Positions 21,401 to 36,400 of a stretch of DNA of 64,000 nucleotides are shown here, piece by piece. Made by a program: the position numbers and the translations under genes. How positions within the stretch are numbered: position 1 is the stretch's first letter; each line of letters begins with the position of its first letter. Source of the DNA: Diplonema japonicum (taxonomy: Eukaryota > Protista > Euglenozoa: Diplonemea); NCBI GenBank assembly GCA_964019335.1, contig OZ025713.1, positions 186,001 to 250,000 on the forward strand, written 5' to 3'. The notes below the pieces were generated by a model. It ran no database searches. It saw only the letters and a program-made list of their open reading frames with translations, and was not told where the DNA came from.

Positions 21401-24400
21401 TCGCGAACTCCTCCAACCGCCTTCTCAACAGCCTCTTGTCCCTGTCATCAACGCACCAGTCGTACGCCCAATGATACACCGACTGGCATTCCAAGTTCGC
21501 CTCGGGGATCTTTAGTTCTTCCTCTGCTCCCCCTGACACTTTCCTTTTGAACTGTATGATCAGAATCACAATACCCGGGAGCACGATGATGAGCACGGGC
21601 AACACCATCCAACCTATGAAGGTGGTGTAGTAGGAAGCTTGTGTGGCGCACGACACCGAGACCACGTTGCTGGTAGGGGTTGTTTTCGATTGGGAATCGA
21701 AGGTGTCTTCCATGAGGCTGCCCCATTTCACAGCGAAGTCGCCTGACAAAGCGGAGACCTGGATGTGGTTCATCAACATCTTGATCATGACGCTGACCTT
21801 TGGTGTCTCCTGCACCACCTCACCGGTCTGCAGGTTCACCACGATCATGACTAGGATTACAAGCAGCATTACGAGCGCAGAGACTCCGAGAAGGAGGTAG
21901 TTCACCCCAGGGGAGGGGCACTTCGCACAGTTGTCCGCGTTTCTCGCGTACCCGTTCGGGGCGTCGGCCGATGGTTCGTGTATGCACACCCCGCAAAGCG
22001 GGCCTTTGTTCCCAACCTCGCACTGCATTGCTGCGCGTGTTTCGTCGGTTTCGTTCAGCGCTGATGGCTGTCCGAGCTCTCCAAGCCCAAACCCTAAATT
22101 GCCACCCACGCAGTTCCCCGGTTTGCACTCGAACCCCTTGTACGTGTTTGGCTCTCTGTAGTACTCGGACTGCGTCGTGATGGTCACGTTGCCGTAGCAG
22201 TCCATCCCCGTCTCGCAGGTCCCACATTCGTACAGACACCCGTAAGGATTGCTCTTGTCCACCCCTATGAAAGCGGATCCTAACCCTGTCGAGGGGTTCT
22301 GCGGTCCTGACTTCAAGCGATCGTTAATATGATCGATGCAGCCAAACTCGAACGAGTACGAGAATAAGGCGCACTTGGTGGTTTCTGTGTTCGCGCAGCA
22401 GTCCTGCGCCCTGACGGTGGCCTCTATCGGAGGGTTTGTATTTGCATTCAGGCTCCGTGCGAGTTCGTTCTGAGCGGGGTTCGCCGTGGTGTCGACCACT
22501 TTCCATTCCAAGTCGCACTGCATCCCCCGCCACAGTTTGAATCTCTCGAAAGAAAATACAATCTGCGTCGTGTCGCGTCCGGAGCCAAGCAGCGCAGTCG
22601 AGTCAGCGGCCCCTACTACACTGAAGAAACACCCGAGGTCCTGCAGCTCGCGGATCCGCTTGTCGGTGTAGTCCTCTCCTCTTCTCCTGAATAGAATAGG
22701 ACCCGTGCTGTTGTCCCATAGCTGCGGTACTCTTTTTGTGACCTGTACTTGTATGGTGAGCTGGTTCCCGTTTGCGTCCTTGATGTCGGTTCTGTCCAAA
22801 ACATTTCCTGCAAAGTCAGTCACCTGAAGGATGTACTGCGTGTTCTGTGTGTTTGCGTTATCGATCACAGTTGTTGGCGTTGAGACCCAGTTCAGCTTGA
22901 AGGGTTCCCCTCTGACCACTCTGAATGCGTATACTGAGCGTCTCCCAGTATTCTCTGCGCAGATCACAGAATCCGGGTAAGGCAGCCTCCCCCGTGCCTC
23001 GTTTGGCCCCGTCCCGACATCAACCCCGTTTACCACGTGGGGGCCTGTGCAGGATGGGAGCCGTGTAGTCCCGCCGCTCCACGCAGCCGGTGTTATGTCC
23101 TCAACTTGTATCCCATAATCTGCTTCCTTCGGCGACTGCAGGGAGATGTTGAAGTTAGCCACCCCGTTCACCATTTCAGCTTCATCGGAGATGTCATGCC
23201 CCGTGGTGTTCACGATGCGGACGCACTCCGTCTCTGAGTTAGAACAAAGCTTCTGGTTTGTGATGCTGTGCGGCAGACAGGTGTTCGGTTTGTAAGACAC
23301 TGGGGTGCAGTCGCCTGTCACCCACCCGTTGTCCTGCGAACTCACCTGCTTCTCTAAGTAGATGCGGACCCTGCGTCTTGCTGTGTCTCGTTCCAGAAGG
23401 TCGTTCCCAGACTCGTCCTTCGACGTAATCCGAATGACAAAGGAAGCGACGTTATTCGCAGAGGTCTTCACACGGTGATCGCCTGTCAGAATGTGCGACT
23501 CGTGCACACCCAGCTGCGCTGGAGGCCCGATCTTCGGAGGTCCTGTTGTAGTAGCGGCATTGGCTAACGCATTGGCACACGTTCCTGTCGCGCTGCACGA
23601 GGTGGCAACGGCCAGCGACGTCGATGCTGGCGATGTTAGAGCTGTCGCCAGCCCGCTAACTGCCGCTTGCAAGATCTGTGCATGCCTTCCCACCCCTGTT
23701 GCAGTGCACGGGGTCTGGTCTTCTTTAAAGTTCGTCGAGCAACAAAGTTCCCTGTCTCGGTCGGTGTAGTCCGCCGCTGTGAAGTAGTTCAAGCAATAGA
23801 AATGGCAAGTTGGCACGTTGATGGTCACACTGCAAGGGTCCCGAAGCTTCGCCGGCAGCACACATGGGAAGTCCACCTGCTTAATGCGATGCGTCAGCAT
23901 CACACGCAGACTGGAGTCCTGTTCACCTGACTGCGCAAAGTTGTAGTAGTCCCCGAAGATAATAAGCTTCTCCCCTAATGCTGATGCCGTGGTGGACTGC
24001 CCGAACTTCCTGGGAAGCATGGCACAAATCTTGCGGTCGTTGCAATTAGGCTCGCAGAAGGAAGCCGGGATAGAGGGGGACGTGAGTAACGGGAGATTGT
24101 AGCCGAAGTTTTCGAGACCCGGACCGTAGAAGTGGAAGGTGACTGTGTAGGTGGAACCTTCGTCTTTGGCCCAGATGTTCAAAGAGGCCGTACGTGAGGT
24201 AGAGCCGAACTCAGCGATCCCGTTGGAGCCAAAAGTCGGGTCCGGCAGTCCTCCACCCGATATGGAAGGGTCAGGGGTGTTCCATGGGCAGTCTCCTTTG
24301 TCAGTCCTGTCCTCCACACCCCACATCCCTGGGAGAGTCAGGTCTTCGGTACAATTTGTGCAGGGCTGGGGGCGGCAGCGTGGCCATGGCGACACGCTCC

Positions 24401-27400
24401 ACACCCGTGCGTGGATAACATGTGCCGTGGGGAGTGCCGTCAATGTGTTCCGCGCAACGTCGAGAAGCCGCAGGCGCGGCTGAGTCGTCAGCTCCCGCTT
24501 GTTGGTGAGCGTAGACTTCGGTAACCCGTCCTTTCCGCCCGTCCATCCAATTTGCCCTTCCTTATCAAATTCCACATGATGCGGCAGGCCCTCGAGAACC
24601 GTGATGAACAAACTGACTGTGCCCAGCTGCTTATTTGACGGGTTGAGGTTAATTACGTAATCCCCCTTCGCAGGCATTTCCATTTCTACTTCAGGGAACT
24701 CCGCGTAAGAATTGTTAAAGGTGTGCGTGAAGCGGTTGCTGCTGCTGCGCTTCCCGTCCACTCTGATGATAGCACCGACGCGGATGGGGTTCAGGCTCGC
24801 AACGTGCACGCCGGTGTCGTCTTTAAAGGTCGCAACAGGGGAAACCTCTAGTGTCACGGTTACCTTGTCGGCAGAAAGCTTCTTCCCTGTCTCCTCAAGG
24901 AGGAGCTGCTTGTGCACAGCGGTGAACGAGCCTAGCCACTTATTCAGTCCTACTACACCATCGACAATGGCGACACGCAGTCGCGTGTCCATGTTTGCCC
25001 CACGGAGGCCCTGTACTGTTGCTTTACGTTCCCAGTCATCGAGTGTTCCGAGCTGGACCCCAGCTAGTGTGGTCCAAGTGTCTGCCCTGATCACAGTTTG
25101 CCTGTTCACGACGTGATCTGAGTACATTAGCAGCTGGAAGTTGAAGTCAGTGCGGTCGAATTGCCCGTTCGCAAAGTCCCCGGAGTGGAAGAATCGCACT
25201 CCGTTGGATAGGGACACATTCACAGACGCGTACTGGGCGACGTTGGTTTGCTGTGCTAGTGCAGCGGAGTATGGGTGGAACTCGGGGGCTGTGACCCCCA
25301 GCGATGTATTCAGGTTCCATACCCGCATTGCAGCTGAGTCTCCCACGTATTTGTGATAGTAGAAGAGCTTCAACTTCGTCTCGTTGTAACCAACCGAACC
25401 AGTGTTCTGGCACACCGACCCGTCTATGCAATCAGCCCCACAACACAACGCAGGCTGTACTAAATCCATCCCAGCAATGAGACGGTACTCCTGCGGCGGG
25501 AGGCACTCTAATGTGCATGAGTCAACGAACACAGCCTTCACTGCAGTCTTGTAGAGCCCCGTGTCCGCATCGCGCATCACGCAGTAGTAGTCCCCTGAGG
25601 TGCCGATATCTGTGTATTTCCACCCTTTAATGTAGAAGGGGAGGGAAGTCCCCGCTGGTTGTTCTTCCGGCTCAATCCATGAGAGCTTTGTGTTCCCGAC
25701 GTAGCTGGAAGAGCAATCTACCATGCGGAGGGTCGACTGCATTTGGTTCAGCCCCGGCACACGCGTACCATTTGCATAGATCACCGTAAAGATGATTGTG
25801 AAGTAAAGCCGCTCGTAGGCAACGGATGAAATCTGCTTGAACTCCGCACTGCGGCCAACGAGGGTCGTTGAGATGCGGAGGTTCTTGAACGGGAAGGAGA
25901 TCGTGGCAGGGTCAAGGCTTGCCGTTGCCTCTGACAGCTTGATAAGAGAGCCGGACGTCACAGGGTCTACAAGCTCTTTTGGGAGTGTCGACCTATCTAA
26001 GGTGCACTCTACCTTCCACACCACCTGTTCCACAGGGTTGTTCGCAGGGTCAACCACCTGAACCACAGGCTGTGGGGAAAGTACTTCTCTGTTGTTGGAG
26101 TACGAAGGGGGCTTCACGTCTAACTTTGCTGCGTGTGGGACACCGCCGACAATCGTGAGGCTAACTTGTGTTTCAAAGAGCACCCCTGACGTTGTCTCTG
26201 TGTAGGTCACTGTGAAGACGTAGTTGCTGGCCAACGGCTGCTCCGTGGCGAGGTACGAGAAAACTGCTGCGCCGTTAGTCGGTGTCGCTGTTAGTGTGGA
26301 GTTCGCTGTGAAGACGAAGTTCTTTGGTGGTTTGATCTCGGCCGTCCCAACAGGGCCCACCCACACGCTCCCTACGAATCTGCCCAGCTCGTCCTTGAAC
26401 ACCACAGCAACATCATTGAGAACAACAAGGTTGGCCGAAGGTTTCCTCGGAACCGTGAGGCAGGCTTTCGGGTCCGACGGGTCCTCGTCACACAGCACAA
26501 AGGCCTCGATCGACGCGGGGCGACCGATCCCGTAGTACACCTTTGCGTCAGTTGAATAGATCTGCCCATCCATCGTCACCTCCACCGCTGTTTCAAACGG
26601 TTTCTCGAACACCGGCTGCAAGCACAACATTTTCACCGTGGTGAGGAACGTGGCGGGCCGTGCCTCCCCGTTCACAACACACTTCGCAAACGGGGACTCG
26701 AAGAACCCTGCTCCCTTTACCGTAACCACAACTTCTTCGTTGTACGGCCCCGAGGGAGTAGTCTGGATAAGTCTTTCGTGCGTCCCACCGAAAGAGTCCT
26801 TCACAGGCCCAGCAATTCTGAGGGTTTTACTGTCTTTATCAATCTCAATGGAGCTGAGCTTTTGATCACTCGTGATGGTGTTCACTGTTGTGGGGAGATC
26901 CTCAACACTGGCGTACGGATGGACCCAGTTTCCAGGTGAGCCAGCAGTGCCAAGGCCGAGGATCAACGGCGTGTCCACACGGCGAGCAGGGGTCTTCGTC
27001 TCTGTCCATCGCAAGTCTGCTTCGTTGATGGCGACCTCTAAGGAAATCCAGTTGCACTCCGAGTAGCCCTTCTCTGGGACGGCGGCGTGGCATACCATCC
27101 CGACTACACCGTTTTCGCCGTGAGTGAATGTCGCGTTGTAAAGCTCGTTTCCTATCATACACTTGGGGGTGAATCTCCCCCCAAGGGTGGAGAAGCCATC
27201 CCCCGTGACTGTGATGTTCGTCCCTGCCATGGGTGCGTCTGAGACGTTGGGGGTGATTGCCGTAACGTCGTAAGCGTTCAGAACAGAGATTGCCGTCTTC
27301 TGCATGTGATGCAGTACGAATAGTGCGCGTCTCGCCCTGTCCATCGAGGCCTCCACAACCACCTCTATCTCGTTTAAGGAGTTCCCGTACCCCATTGTCC

Positions 27401-30400
27401 TCTCCTGCCGTGTTTTCAACGTCAATGCGTCGATTTTAAACACTTTCGACGGGGACCCCGCCGTCTTCGCCCCGACGCTGTAGTACAGAAGCCCCTTGTC
27501 GTCCATCGCAAAGCCCCCGATCCCTTGCCTGCCTTCCGTCTGCTTCAAGATGTCGACCATAATCCGAACACATCGCTCTTGTATCCAATTGCACCTCGCT
27601 GCTTCGCAGGTGTCCCTCGTTTCGAACTTTGCGCACCAAGGATGCTCCACGTTGGGCAGCACAGACGGTTCCTTGAGGTTTGCAAGATCTAAACGCTGCA
27701 CCGCGAACACTGTGTCCGTAAGTCCCGACAGTGCATCTACCACTACTTCTGTTTCAACAAACAACAATGCTGTTGATATGTCCGATTTGAACATTCCCGA
27801 GTCCGTCTGCACGGATAGCGATCGCGTCAAGTACTGCACTCCCTCGAACCTCAAGCAGTTGTACAGCAAACACACAGACGGCACTAAATCGACGACTTGC
27901 CTGAAGGTAGGCTCTTCGGGGGTCGGCAAGAAGATCTTCTGCAGAAGCGACACACCGTTTTTGGCTACACCCAACAGGAGTGCAAACGGGCTTCGGGATT
28001 CAGACGCATCCACGGACATTGACTGTACTTCCCTGAAGGCTCTTAGCAGGTAGCTGCCATTTAAGAAGAGCTCGTTCGTCAGGTCCGTACGCATGGAGCG
28101 CAGGTAATATGTTACCTGTGCCGAGTTGTCTGTGTCCTTCACGATTGCAAAGCATGTGTGCACCTCTGAAACGAATGCCCATGATGTAACCTCCGACGAG
28201 TCGGCACCGTCACTAGGGTTTTCCCACCACGCCACTGTGACCAGGGGTCGGACTTCCTCGGCAGAGTACAGATGTAAGCTTTGGTCCGATGCATGGCATT
28301 GCGTGCCTTCACATGGCGTCATATGCTCTGTGCGGACCCACAGTCTAGAAACCCCTGACGAATCTAGTTCCACTTGCACCACCACGCCCGCGACACCGTC
28401 CGGTTTGGTGGATGATGGAACAATCACTTGTTGACCCTCAGCGCAGCCTGCACTGCAAGTGCTGTCTCCGGTGAATGGGTTCGAGGACCCATCGAGACCC
28501 CCGATACCGTGCAGAGTGTTGTCGCTGCCAACCGGAAGCAGGCAGAAATTGCACTTCGGAGTAAAAACGGCCCACACACGACCTAAGTAAGAGTCTGTAT
28601 CGTCTCCCACGACAAAGTAGAGGAACCGCCGGTCTTGGAACATCCCTAGAACACGCTCTCCTGCTATAGAACCGGATGAGTAGAGTGTGTGCACACCAAG
28701 GCGACGGTCGTAACTCCCGCGGAAGTCTGTAGATGTGCTTAGTCCTTTCGACCACATTTCTACAGGCACCGTGTTCGTGACAGGGTCGCGCGACCCCGAT
28801 GCTGCAAAGAGGAATTCTGTTGCGCCGCTGTCTCCTTTCGCCGCTGCTGTCTCACTTTCTACTAACGCTGCTTCCTCGTCGGCCACACTCCCAGACTGGT
28901 AGTTCACGCCGTCGATTCTAGCAAGCAGCTCCATAGACGTGAGGTAAAACAATGCCCCTGTCTTCACGGTTCGTCCTGCGTCCTTCTCCGTCGTTCCTGG
29001 AGCCACCAAATCATAGGCCTTGCCTAACTGCGGTACGCCCACCGTTGTTTCTCTCACAGTGCAGTCTCCACTGTACCCCTGTGCGCATTGCTGGCATGCA
29101 TCCCCTTGGAAGTGCCCTCTTATATCGTCGTCATAGCAAATGCAGGCACCGCTCTCTCTGTTGCATGTCCCGTGGAGGTTGCACAGGCATTCGAGTGTAC
29201 AGTCTTGCCCCCAGTAGGCTTCGGCACAGGTTCCGCATTCTGACGTTGGATCCCAGAAGCCCTGTGTCACGCTGCCGTGGCAGGTGCATGGAACAGTGAC
29301 GGAAGCCCCTGCAGCAGGGCAATCACCGTGTCCGTTGCAAGTTGTCTCATTGCAGAAAATAGCGCAGAGCCCAGCGGGATTGGCGTACCACCCTTCTGTG
29401 TTTTCACACTCGCAGTCTCCGTCCACGCTGCACACCCCATTGACACAAGTCGTCTCATTGCAAACCTTGTCGCATGTGGAGCCGTACGCGTAGAACCCTG
29501 GCCTGCAGTCCTCGCAGAACTTCCCGACGCGGTTCCCTGTGCAATCCCCGTCGGTCACGCATGCACCCTCACTGTCAGACGTGTTACACTTTCCGAAGTT
29601 GCTGTTGCAGCCGCAAGGCACACTGCAATTGGCGTGGAAGTATCCTTCTGCACAAATACCGCAGTCGCCACTTGACCAGAAGCCGTTGTCTGCATTTTGC
29701 GTGCACAAGCACTCTCCTTGCTCCGAGCATATCCCGTGTCCAGAACACCCATTCGGGCAAGTCTTGTCGCACTCCATCCCAAACAGACCTTCTTTGCAAT
29801 TGCACCGTTCGTATAAGTTCTCCATCACGGGGTATGCCTTGCATTCCCCGGAATCCGCGGCGCAGTTGTTGTCTCCGCAAACCTCGGGGCTGTACTGGTT
29901 GCACCCTGATCCTCCGAACCGGTATCTGCACTCGGAGCAGAACGCTCCATCCCAGTGCCCGGTTCGTGATCCCTGTTTGCAGGAGCCAAGACGTTGTGTT
30001 GCTTCGAACTGCCCTGTCGGAGTCCATCCTACAGATAGATTATATGTCGCCTCGAGCGAGAAACCTAAGATCCGCACCACCAGGAAGCCGCTATCAATTG
30101 GAGACATCACGCTGCAGCGTTCAACCGCCTCTTTTGTGAGGGCGATGCATGAGGTCTCCACGAAGAGGGCGTCTTCCACAGCGTTGGAAACCGATCCCCG
30201 CATCAAAGACACATCCGGCGTGGTGTCCACATCAGCGAGGAAGCTTCTGGGCTCTGTGCGGAGCATGCCGCCTATTTCTGCGTTGGATGACACGTCTTTA
30301 AAGGCCAGTAGGAGCCTGCTTGCGTGGTTCACGTCTTCTTTCACATATGTCGAAGTGTTTGATGAGGGGAGGCCAACACTGCCACATCCGGGCTTTCCAT

Positions 30401-33400
30401 TGTCTACTGAACACACGGCAGCCCAGTCTGACCTGTACTCTCTTGGGGTGAACATTGCGACGCATCCACTCTCGCCGATGATCGCGAAGGTGATATCAAT
30501 AGCATTAACGTTGCTTCCGCCGGCACCTACAGCACTGCTGCCGTTCTGCTGCACGCCGTAAGCATCTAAAAGGTCTGCGTGGCTTATTGAGACGCGCAGC
30601 TCGTGTCCTTCTTGGGTTGCGGAAACTGTTTCAGTGGCGACAAGTACCTTGGACTGCAGTACCTCCACCGCCGTGGGACCACTCAGATTCGCCTCGAACG
30701 ACCTCCCGTGTCTTGTCACCATCCATGAGCTGGTGGACAGACTAGGCACCACGTAGAAGCTTAAGGTTACACCCTCAGAGGAAGCGTTTTCGCAGCGCCC
30801 ATTGGCTTCCCACAGACGCAGGGTCATGCTATCAATGTCATACTCAGATCGTCCTTGCAGGTCAAGCTCCACTCCCGTGAATGCAAGAAATGCGTATTCT
30901 GTGCTAGTCACCTTCATGGGTTCGGGGCCTCGTCCGCAACACGGCTCATCGTTGTTGGCTCCACAGAAGTATGCTGTCTCTTGGCACTGTTCCACTGTGG
31001 GGCTGCATGCCCCGTTGGTTTCGCACTGCGTGGATATGATCCTTACGCCAGCGTCACCGCTCACGACGTACTCTGCGAATGAGAAGGGTCCTGCCTGGTC
31101 ACACGCGATGCCCATGGTGGACATGTCGCAGTCGCACGTTCCGTTTCCGAAGATCCCGTCGAAGCAACCGTAGCCGGAGCAGTAGTTCGCAGTGCATTCC
31201 TCTGTTGCAACTTCCCAAGTGCAACTTGGATCCCTGCAGGCGTCTCTCGAGAGCCCCTCGCACGTTGGCATCGGGCAGGCTTTGTTACACGATTCGCCGT
31301 AGTACCCAGGTTTGCAGTCCTCGCAGTCGTTGCGAAGGGCCACAGTCTTCTCCTCCCACGCCCCCATCGTGCGTGGCCAATGTTCCCTCCATGCGAAGCC
31401 TCCTGGACGGTACAGTTCCTCCCCAGTGAATGTACTGGAGTTCGTGTCCTTCCAGATGCTTTGGAACCCGGCGAACCACCATCCCGCGTGTGGTGTTGTC
31501 CATAGTGTTTCAGTCGAATACTTAAGGCTGTCCGGCGCCATGTAGTTAGAGTACACGAAGTTAGTGGTTTGCGTGTTATTTCTATAACACGACAGGCACC
31601 CTTTGGGCAACGCTGGTACTTGGTGCGGCTCTGGTCTGCAGTTTGTGATGTTATCGGAAACCAAGCAAGATCTGCCCGCCTGGAGTGCCGGATTCGTGGG
31701 CCATGTTTGGTTGGAGTCGTAGAAGGCACCGATGATGTCTCTGTTGCAGCAGTGCTTGTTCGGAACTCCAAGACCGTCCTCCGAGCCACCTTCTACAACT
31801 TCCTCGACATCCCACATCCCGCCAGCACGCTTTGCAATTTTGTAAAGGTTGCGCTTGCAGCCATCATAGGCCGGGATGTTTACCCCTGTCATCACCTTTG
31901 TGTAGTAGTCAGCATTGTCGTAGCGGGAAAGGACGCCCTGGATGCGTCCAGGAGGGTAACATGAGGAGTTAGGATCGAGCGTTGCTGACTCATAGGTGAG
32001 GTTGAGCTCTGACGGGTCATAGGCCCAGAACAGCGTTGTGTCGTCCCAGGTCTCCAGTCGAGAGATTTTCACAGGGGCATTAGTTCGCCAGACAGCGGTG
32101 GATTCCCACTGCTGGGCGTTAGTACGCGTGTACCACAGGGTCTGCTGCACCTGTGACGAGAACTGCGGCATCGGGTGGTCGGAGGAGTTCGTAAGGAAGA
32201 TCCCGGTGGTGGAGGTCCCTTCGTCATGCCCCACCCAGAAGAACCCCGATCCGTCCTCTGCAGGGTGCATCCATATCGGGTCTGACGCAGTGTCGTCTCC
32301 ATTGTCATCACTGATGAGATCGAAGTGCTGGTCGTCCTCATACCACCACAGCTCCACGTTGCCCCTTTGAGAGTCCATGCACTCGAAGTATTTCTGGTAG
32401 GTGTGCAGAAGAGTGTTTCCATTGCATCCTTGAAGCTCCACACACCCATGCTGCTGCTGTGTCGTGTTCTTCGGTGTCATCGACAGCACCAGACGTCCTC
32501 CGGATTCAATGATCGGTGCGTACCCCACGCTAAGAGGCGGGATGTACGGGGACAGCACCCCGGTGTTCGTGTGGAGGACCACGACGTTTGCTTTATTGCT
32601 CCCTAGTGGCCATTTGTAAAGCTTCAGTCCCTCTCCACTCATGGAATCAAAGTAGAAGTACACCGCGTTGTTGTAGTACACGAAACCAGGGTGGCCTTGC
32701 ACGTGATGGCAATGAGGAAGCACATCTGCAGCTCCCACAAGAACTGTCGCGTCCCCAACTGCACCGAAGGAGACGTAAACGCTCAGCTTTGTGGCAATGA
32801 GGTATTGGTGTGATGCCGTCCGGCCTCCGTACCCGTACGAGTCGCCAAGCGGAGTGTAATCGAAGCTGTTCGGTGTGCTTGCAGGGACTTGCTCCCCGAG
32901 GAAGAACAGAGCATCTTGAGTTGGGAGGGCTACTTTGGTCAAATATGATGGGAACCGCACACCAGGCGTTGCAATCTCAGCTTGATCAGGAAGCCCAGTC
33001 GCACTATTCAGCGACATCTTCCACACCTGAGGGTATATATCCGAAGAAATCTGCGTCTGGACAGAAGTGTCCGACACGGTGTCGCCCCCTCCATCTGTGC
33101 TTATTAACACCAGCACTTCCTCTTTGGCGCCTCCTTGCTGCGACACTGTCATCTTCGTCAGCTCCTTCGCCCTTGTGTACACTCTCATCCCGTACATTTC
33201 CCTCTTCCTCTCAGTATCAGAGAGACTGCTATGAAAATCTGGGTACACAGGACTTCCTATCCGCAGACTTGAAGACGTTACCTGGCCGAATGTGCTGCCC
33301 TCCTTCGACCACGGCAGACCCTTCGTGTAAAACACCTCTCTGGAACCCTGGAAGATAGTGCTTGACCTGTGCACTGGGTTGCAAGGGTGCTCGCCTTCAT

Positions 33401-36400
33401 CTGCAACTCCCTCCCAGTCCGACACTGCAAGGAAGAACATGTACTCCCCTATTTGCGTGAAGTCGATGGGGTCTTGGAAGAAGAGCTCCTTGGGGCAGGG
33501 GCAACCGAAGCACGCGCTCCCGTCAGGTCGGCTGGATCCTGTCTTGTCGTACCGGCGTAGGGCACGTGCCCCGGAGGCGTCGTCCGACAGCCACGGAGCG
33601 AGACTGGTCAGTGCATCTGCTGTAAAGAGGCTGAGGTAGGGTTGACCATGTTGGTGCTGTGAGAGACGTGGGGTTTCCATAGCGAGGAAAAGACGAGAGG
33701 GCTGGCGGTGTCCTGAGTGCTTCAGTACAAGCTTGTGGTCTGTTGCAGCAGGCTGGCAGTCGTCCTCCCCATCGGACTCGGTAACAAACACGAATGACAA
33801 TCCCATAGTCGGTACATTCATATATTTCGTTGCCCTCCCAAGCCAATCTGTGATGTCGATCGTCCTGCTGCGCCCCAATACAGACTCCTCTTGCACATAG
33901 GATACAACTTCATAGAAGAACTGCTGATCTTCCTCGGGGGCAACTCCGGTCCACCGAAGCTCTTCATCGACGCCAGCCTCGTCATAAACTCGCCCGTGGT
34001 ATCGCTCTGCTTCCCAGCTGCAGCCCAGGGAGCGAAGAACGGGTAAACACACGCCCTCGAAGCAGCTTGTACGGCCCATCTCGTCGCTTATATCCTGTGT
34101 TGTGGTGCATTTGCACGTCCCGTCTTGCTCTTCTTGCATAGGCCAGTCAGCCTCGCACCCCGTGCCTTGCACCCCTCTTTCGTCACACATGTTCACTTCT
34201 TGCGATGAAAGACACCTGCCAAGCAAACATTTCTTCCCTGCGTTGCAGATGCACTTGTTCATATCCAGACTGGCGTCAGGCCCACACTCCACTGTCTGGG
34301 TTGATGGGAGAACAGCGTTGCACGGGCTATAATCGTCTGCTGCCGAACCGTTCACGGTCCTGGTATCGTTAGCGCTTGGCATGCTGCCATTCACAGACCC
34401 CAAACGGTGGGTCGCATAAATGTGCACCTGCTGCTTTCTCCTGCAGTGGTTGGTTGCCTCGTTTACAAGGATGGCGGCATATTCAAGCTTCCCATCTGTC
34501 GGGACGGGTATGTCGCGCCACCCCACCCACACCCTTGCAGACGTGTTTGATGGTATGGCGTAAGGCTCTGCGTTGCAAGAGCGGTACTTCCCGTCTTTCA
34601 CGTACAGGCATTCTGCTGTGTTGAAGGTCTCGCTGCCGCCTTTGTAGGTACATCCACTGCCAGAGCAATATGTGCCGGATGGTGACCACCTACCTCTTGC
34701 AACGTTGTCGAAGCATGTACACACTGAGTTGTCACCTGTGCAGCTTCCATGGAGGGAGCAGCAGACGGAGCTACAGTCCGATCCATGGTAACCGTCCTCG
34801 CAAGAACACTGCGCCTTCCCGGTGTTGTAGTCGAAGGAGCACTCCCCGCGTCCCGAGCACGGGACGGCAATCTGGTTCACTTCCAAGCGAGACAAATCGC
34901 GGATGCTGGACTGGCCTGGGCATGACACAAACGACAATGCAAAGTCTGCGTCGCCAGAGATACTGGTCACGTTCACCAACACCTGTGTCTCTGGGTGCAC
35001 GCTGGCCACCACGACGTCCCTGCCGCCAGCGGTTTTCGAGCCTCCGATCGTCTCTTCTCTGGTGTACTGCCCATCAAACACAGTGCAAGCGTCGCCCCCG
35101 TAACCTGTTTTGCAGGAAGTGCAGTTTTGTCGCTGGTCCCAGTACCCGTTTGCGAGAGTTTCGATACATGTGCACCGCGACTCGTCGTTTCCTTGGTCCA
35201 CATAGTTGTCACTACATGTCTGCTGCCCCACGCAGCACAGCCCGTGCCCGGAGCAGCATGTTTGTACCATCGCAAGCGTTGCTTCCATTGCTATGTACCC
35301 CGCCACTTCCATCTCTAGCTGTACCCAGTTCTTGTTGCTCGAGATGTCGAGACCACATTGCAGCCCATTCCATCCGGGGTTCACAGTTGTGTCAGTGCAG
35401 TCGCGCTGACACTCCACTGCCCCTGTCCACAGGTCTGCTGCGTTGCAGTCTGTGGGCACCACTTGTATCAGTGCTGAGCGCACCGACGCAGAAGATTTTG
35501 CATGTTTGAACACAACACGATAGATACCATCGTGCGACACTGCAAGCTTCCTGAACTGGAAGACCGTGGTCTTCGACCCAGCGATTGTAGTTACCCCGTT
35601 TGCGTCAGGGCCCACAAGCGTCGCTTTCGTTGCCGGCTTGCAATCATTCTCGTCCAGCAGATATTCGCGGAGCGGCGCACTTGAAGAGTCTTGCAAGATG
35701 GGGTTCAGTGTTGTGATTGCCTGCTCTACAGCAGTAGAGAAAGGCTGCCCGCACTCCTCCAGGCTGGGTATGATGGCATCGTTCTCTAAAGGTGTATCGA
35801 CCCCTTTTTCGTCCTGCACTGTGACGGTGAACGAGAGCGACCGCGAGCCAGTGATCACGTTTGCTGCGGCGTTGATAGTTGCGGTGGAGCTCTGCTCGAT
35901 TACAAGCTTGGACGGGATGCCCAAGCCCTCGAGCAATTCGCCTGTCACTGCCTTGAACCTGTTCAAACCGTTCAAAACACGCACCTCAAACTCATCAAAG
36001 ACAAGGGTCGGGGCGCCTTGCGTAGACGACGCGAGTGCAACGGGACGGAAACTTTCTGGATCGAAGCTTGCGTCGTCGAATAAGCTCCTCGTCGTGGTGG
36101 ACACGAACATGTCATTGAGGGGGTAGAGTTGGAAGGCGGCTTCTGCCTGTGGCCCAAGTCGCGTGTGCTCATTAGTGGCAGCAGCAGCAATGCCGATTCC
36201 ACAGTTGCAGTCCGTACTGGCAGTGCAGCAAAGAGTGTTTAGACCAGGTAGCTTCCTGGCAACATCGTTGTCAGTAAGCATCACTAAACTATCGTCGTAG
36301 ACACCAACAGCGCCCCACGTCGCGTCTGCCTTTCCAGCGTCCATGCAGAGCTGAGGCAGACCGTCCGACCAACGGCAGCTCGTGTTGAACTTTGGGGAGA

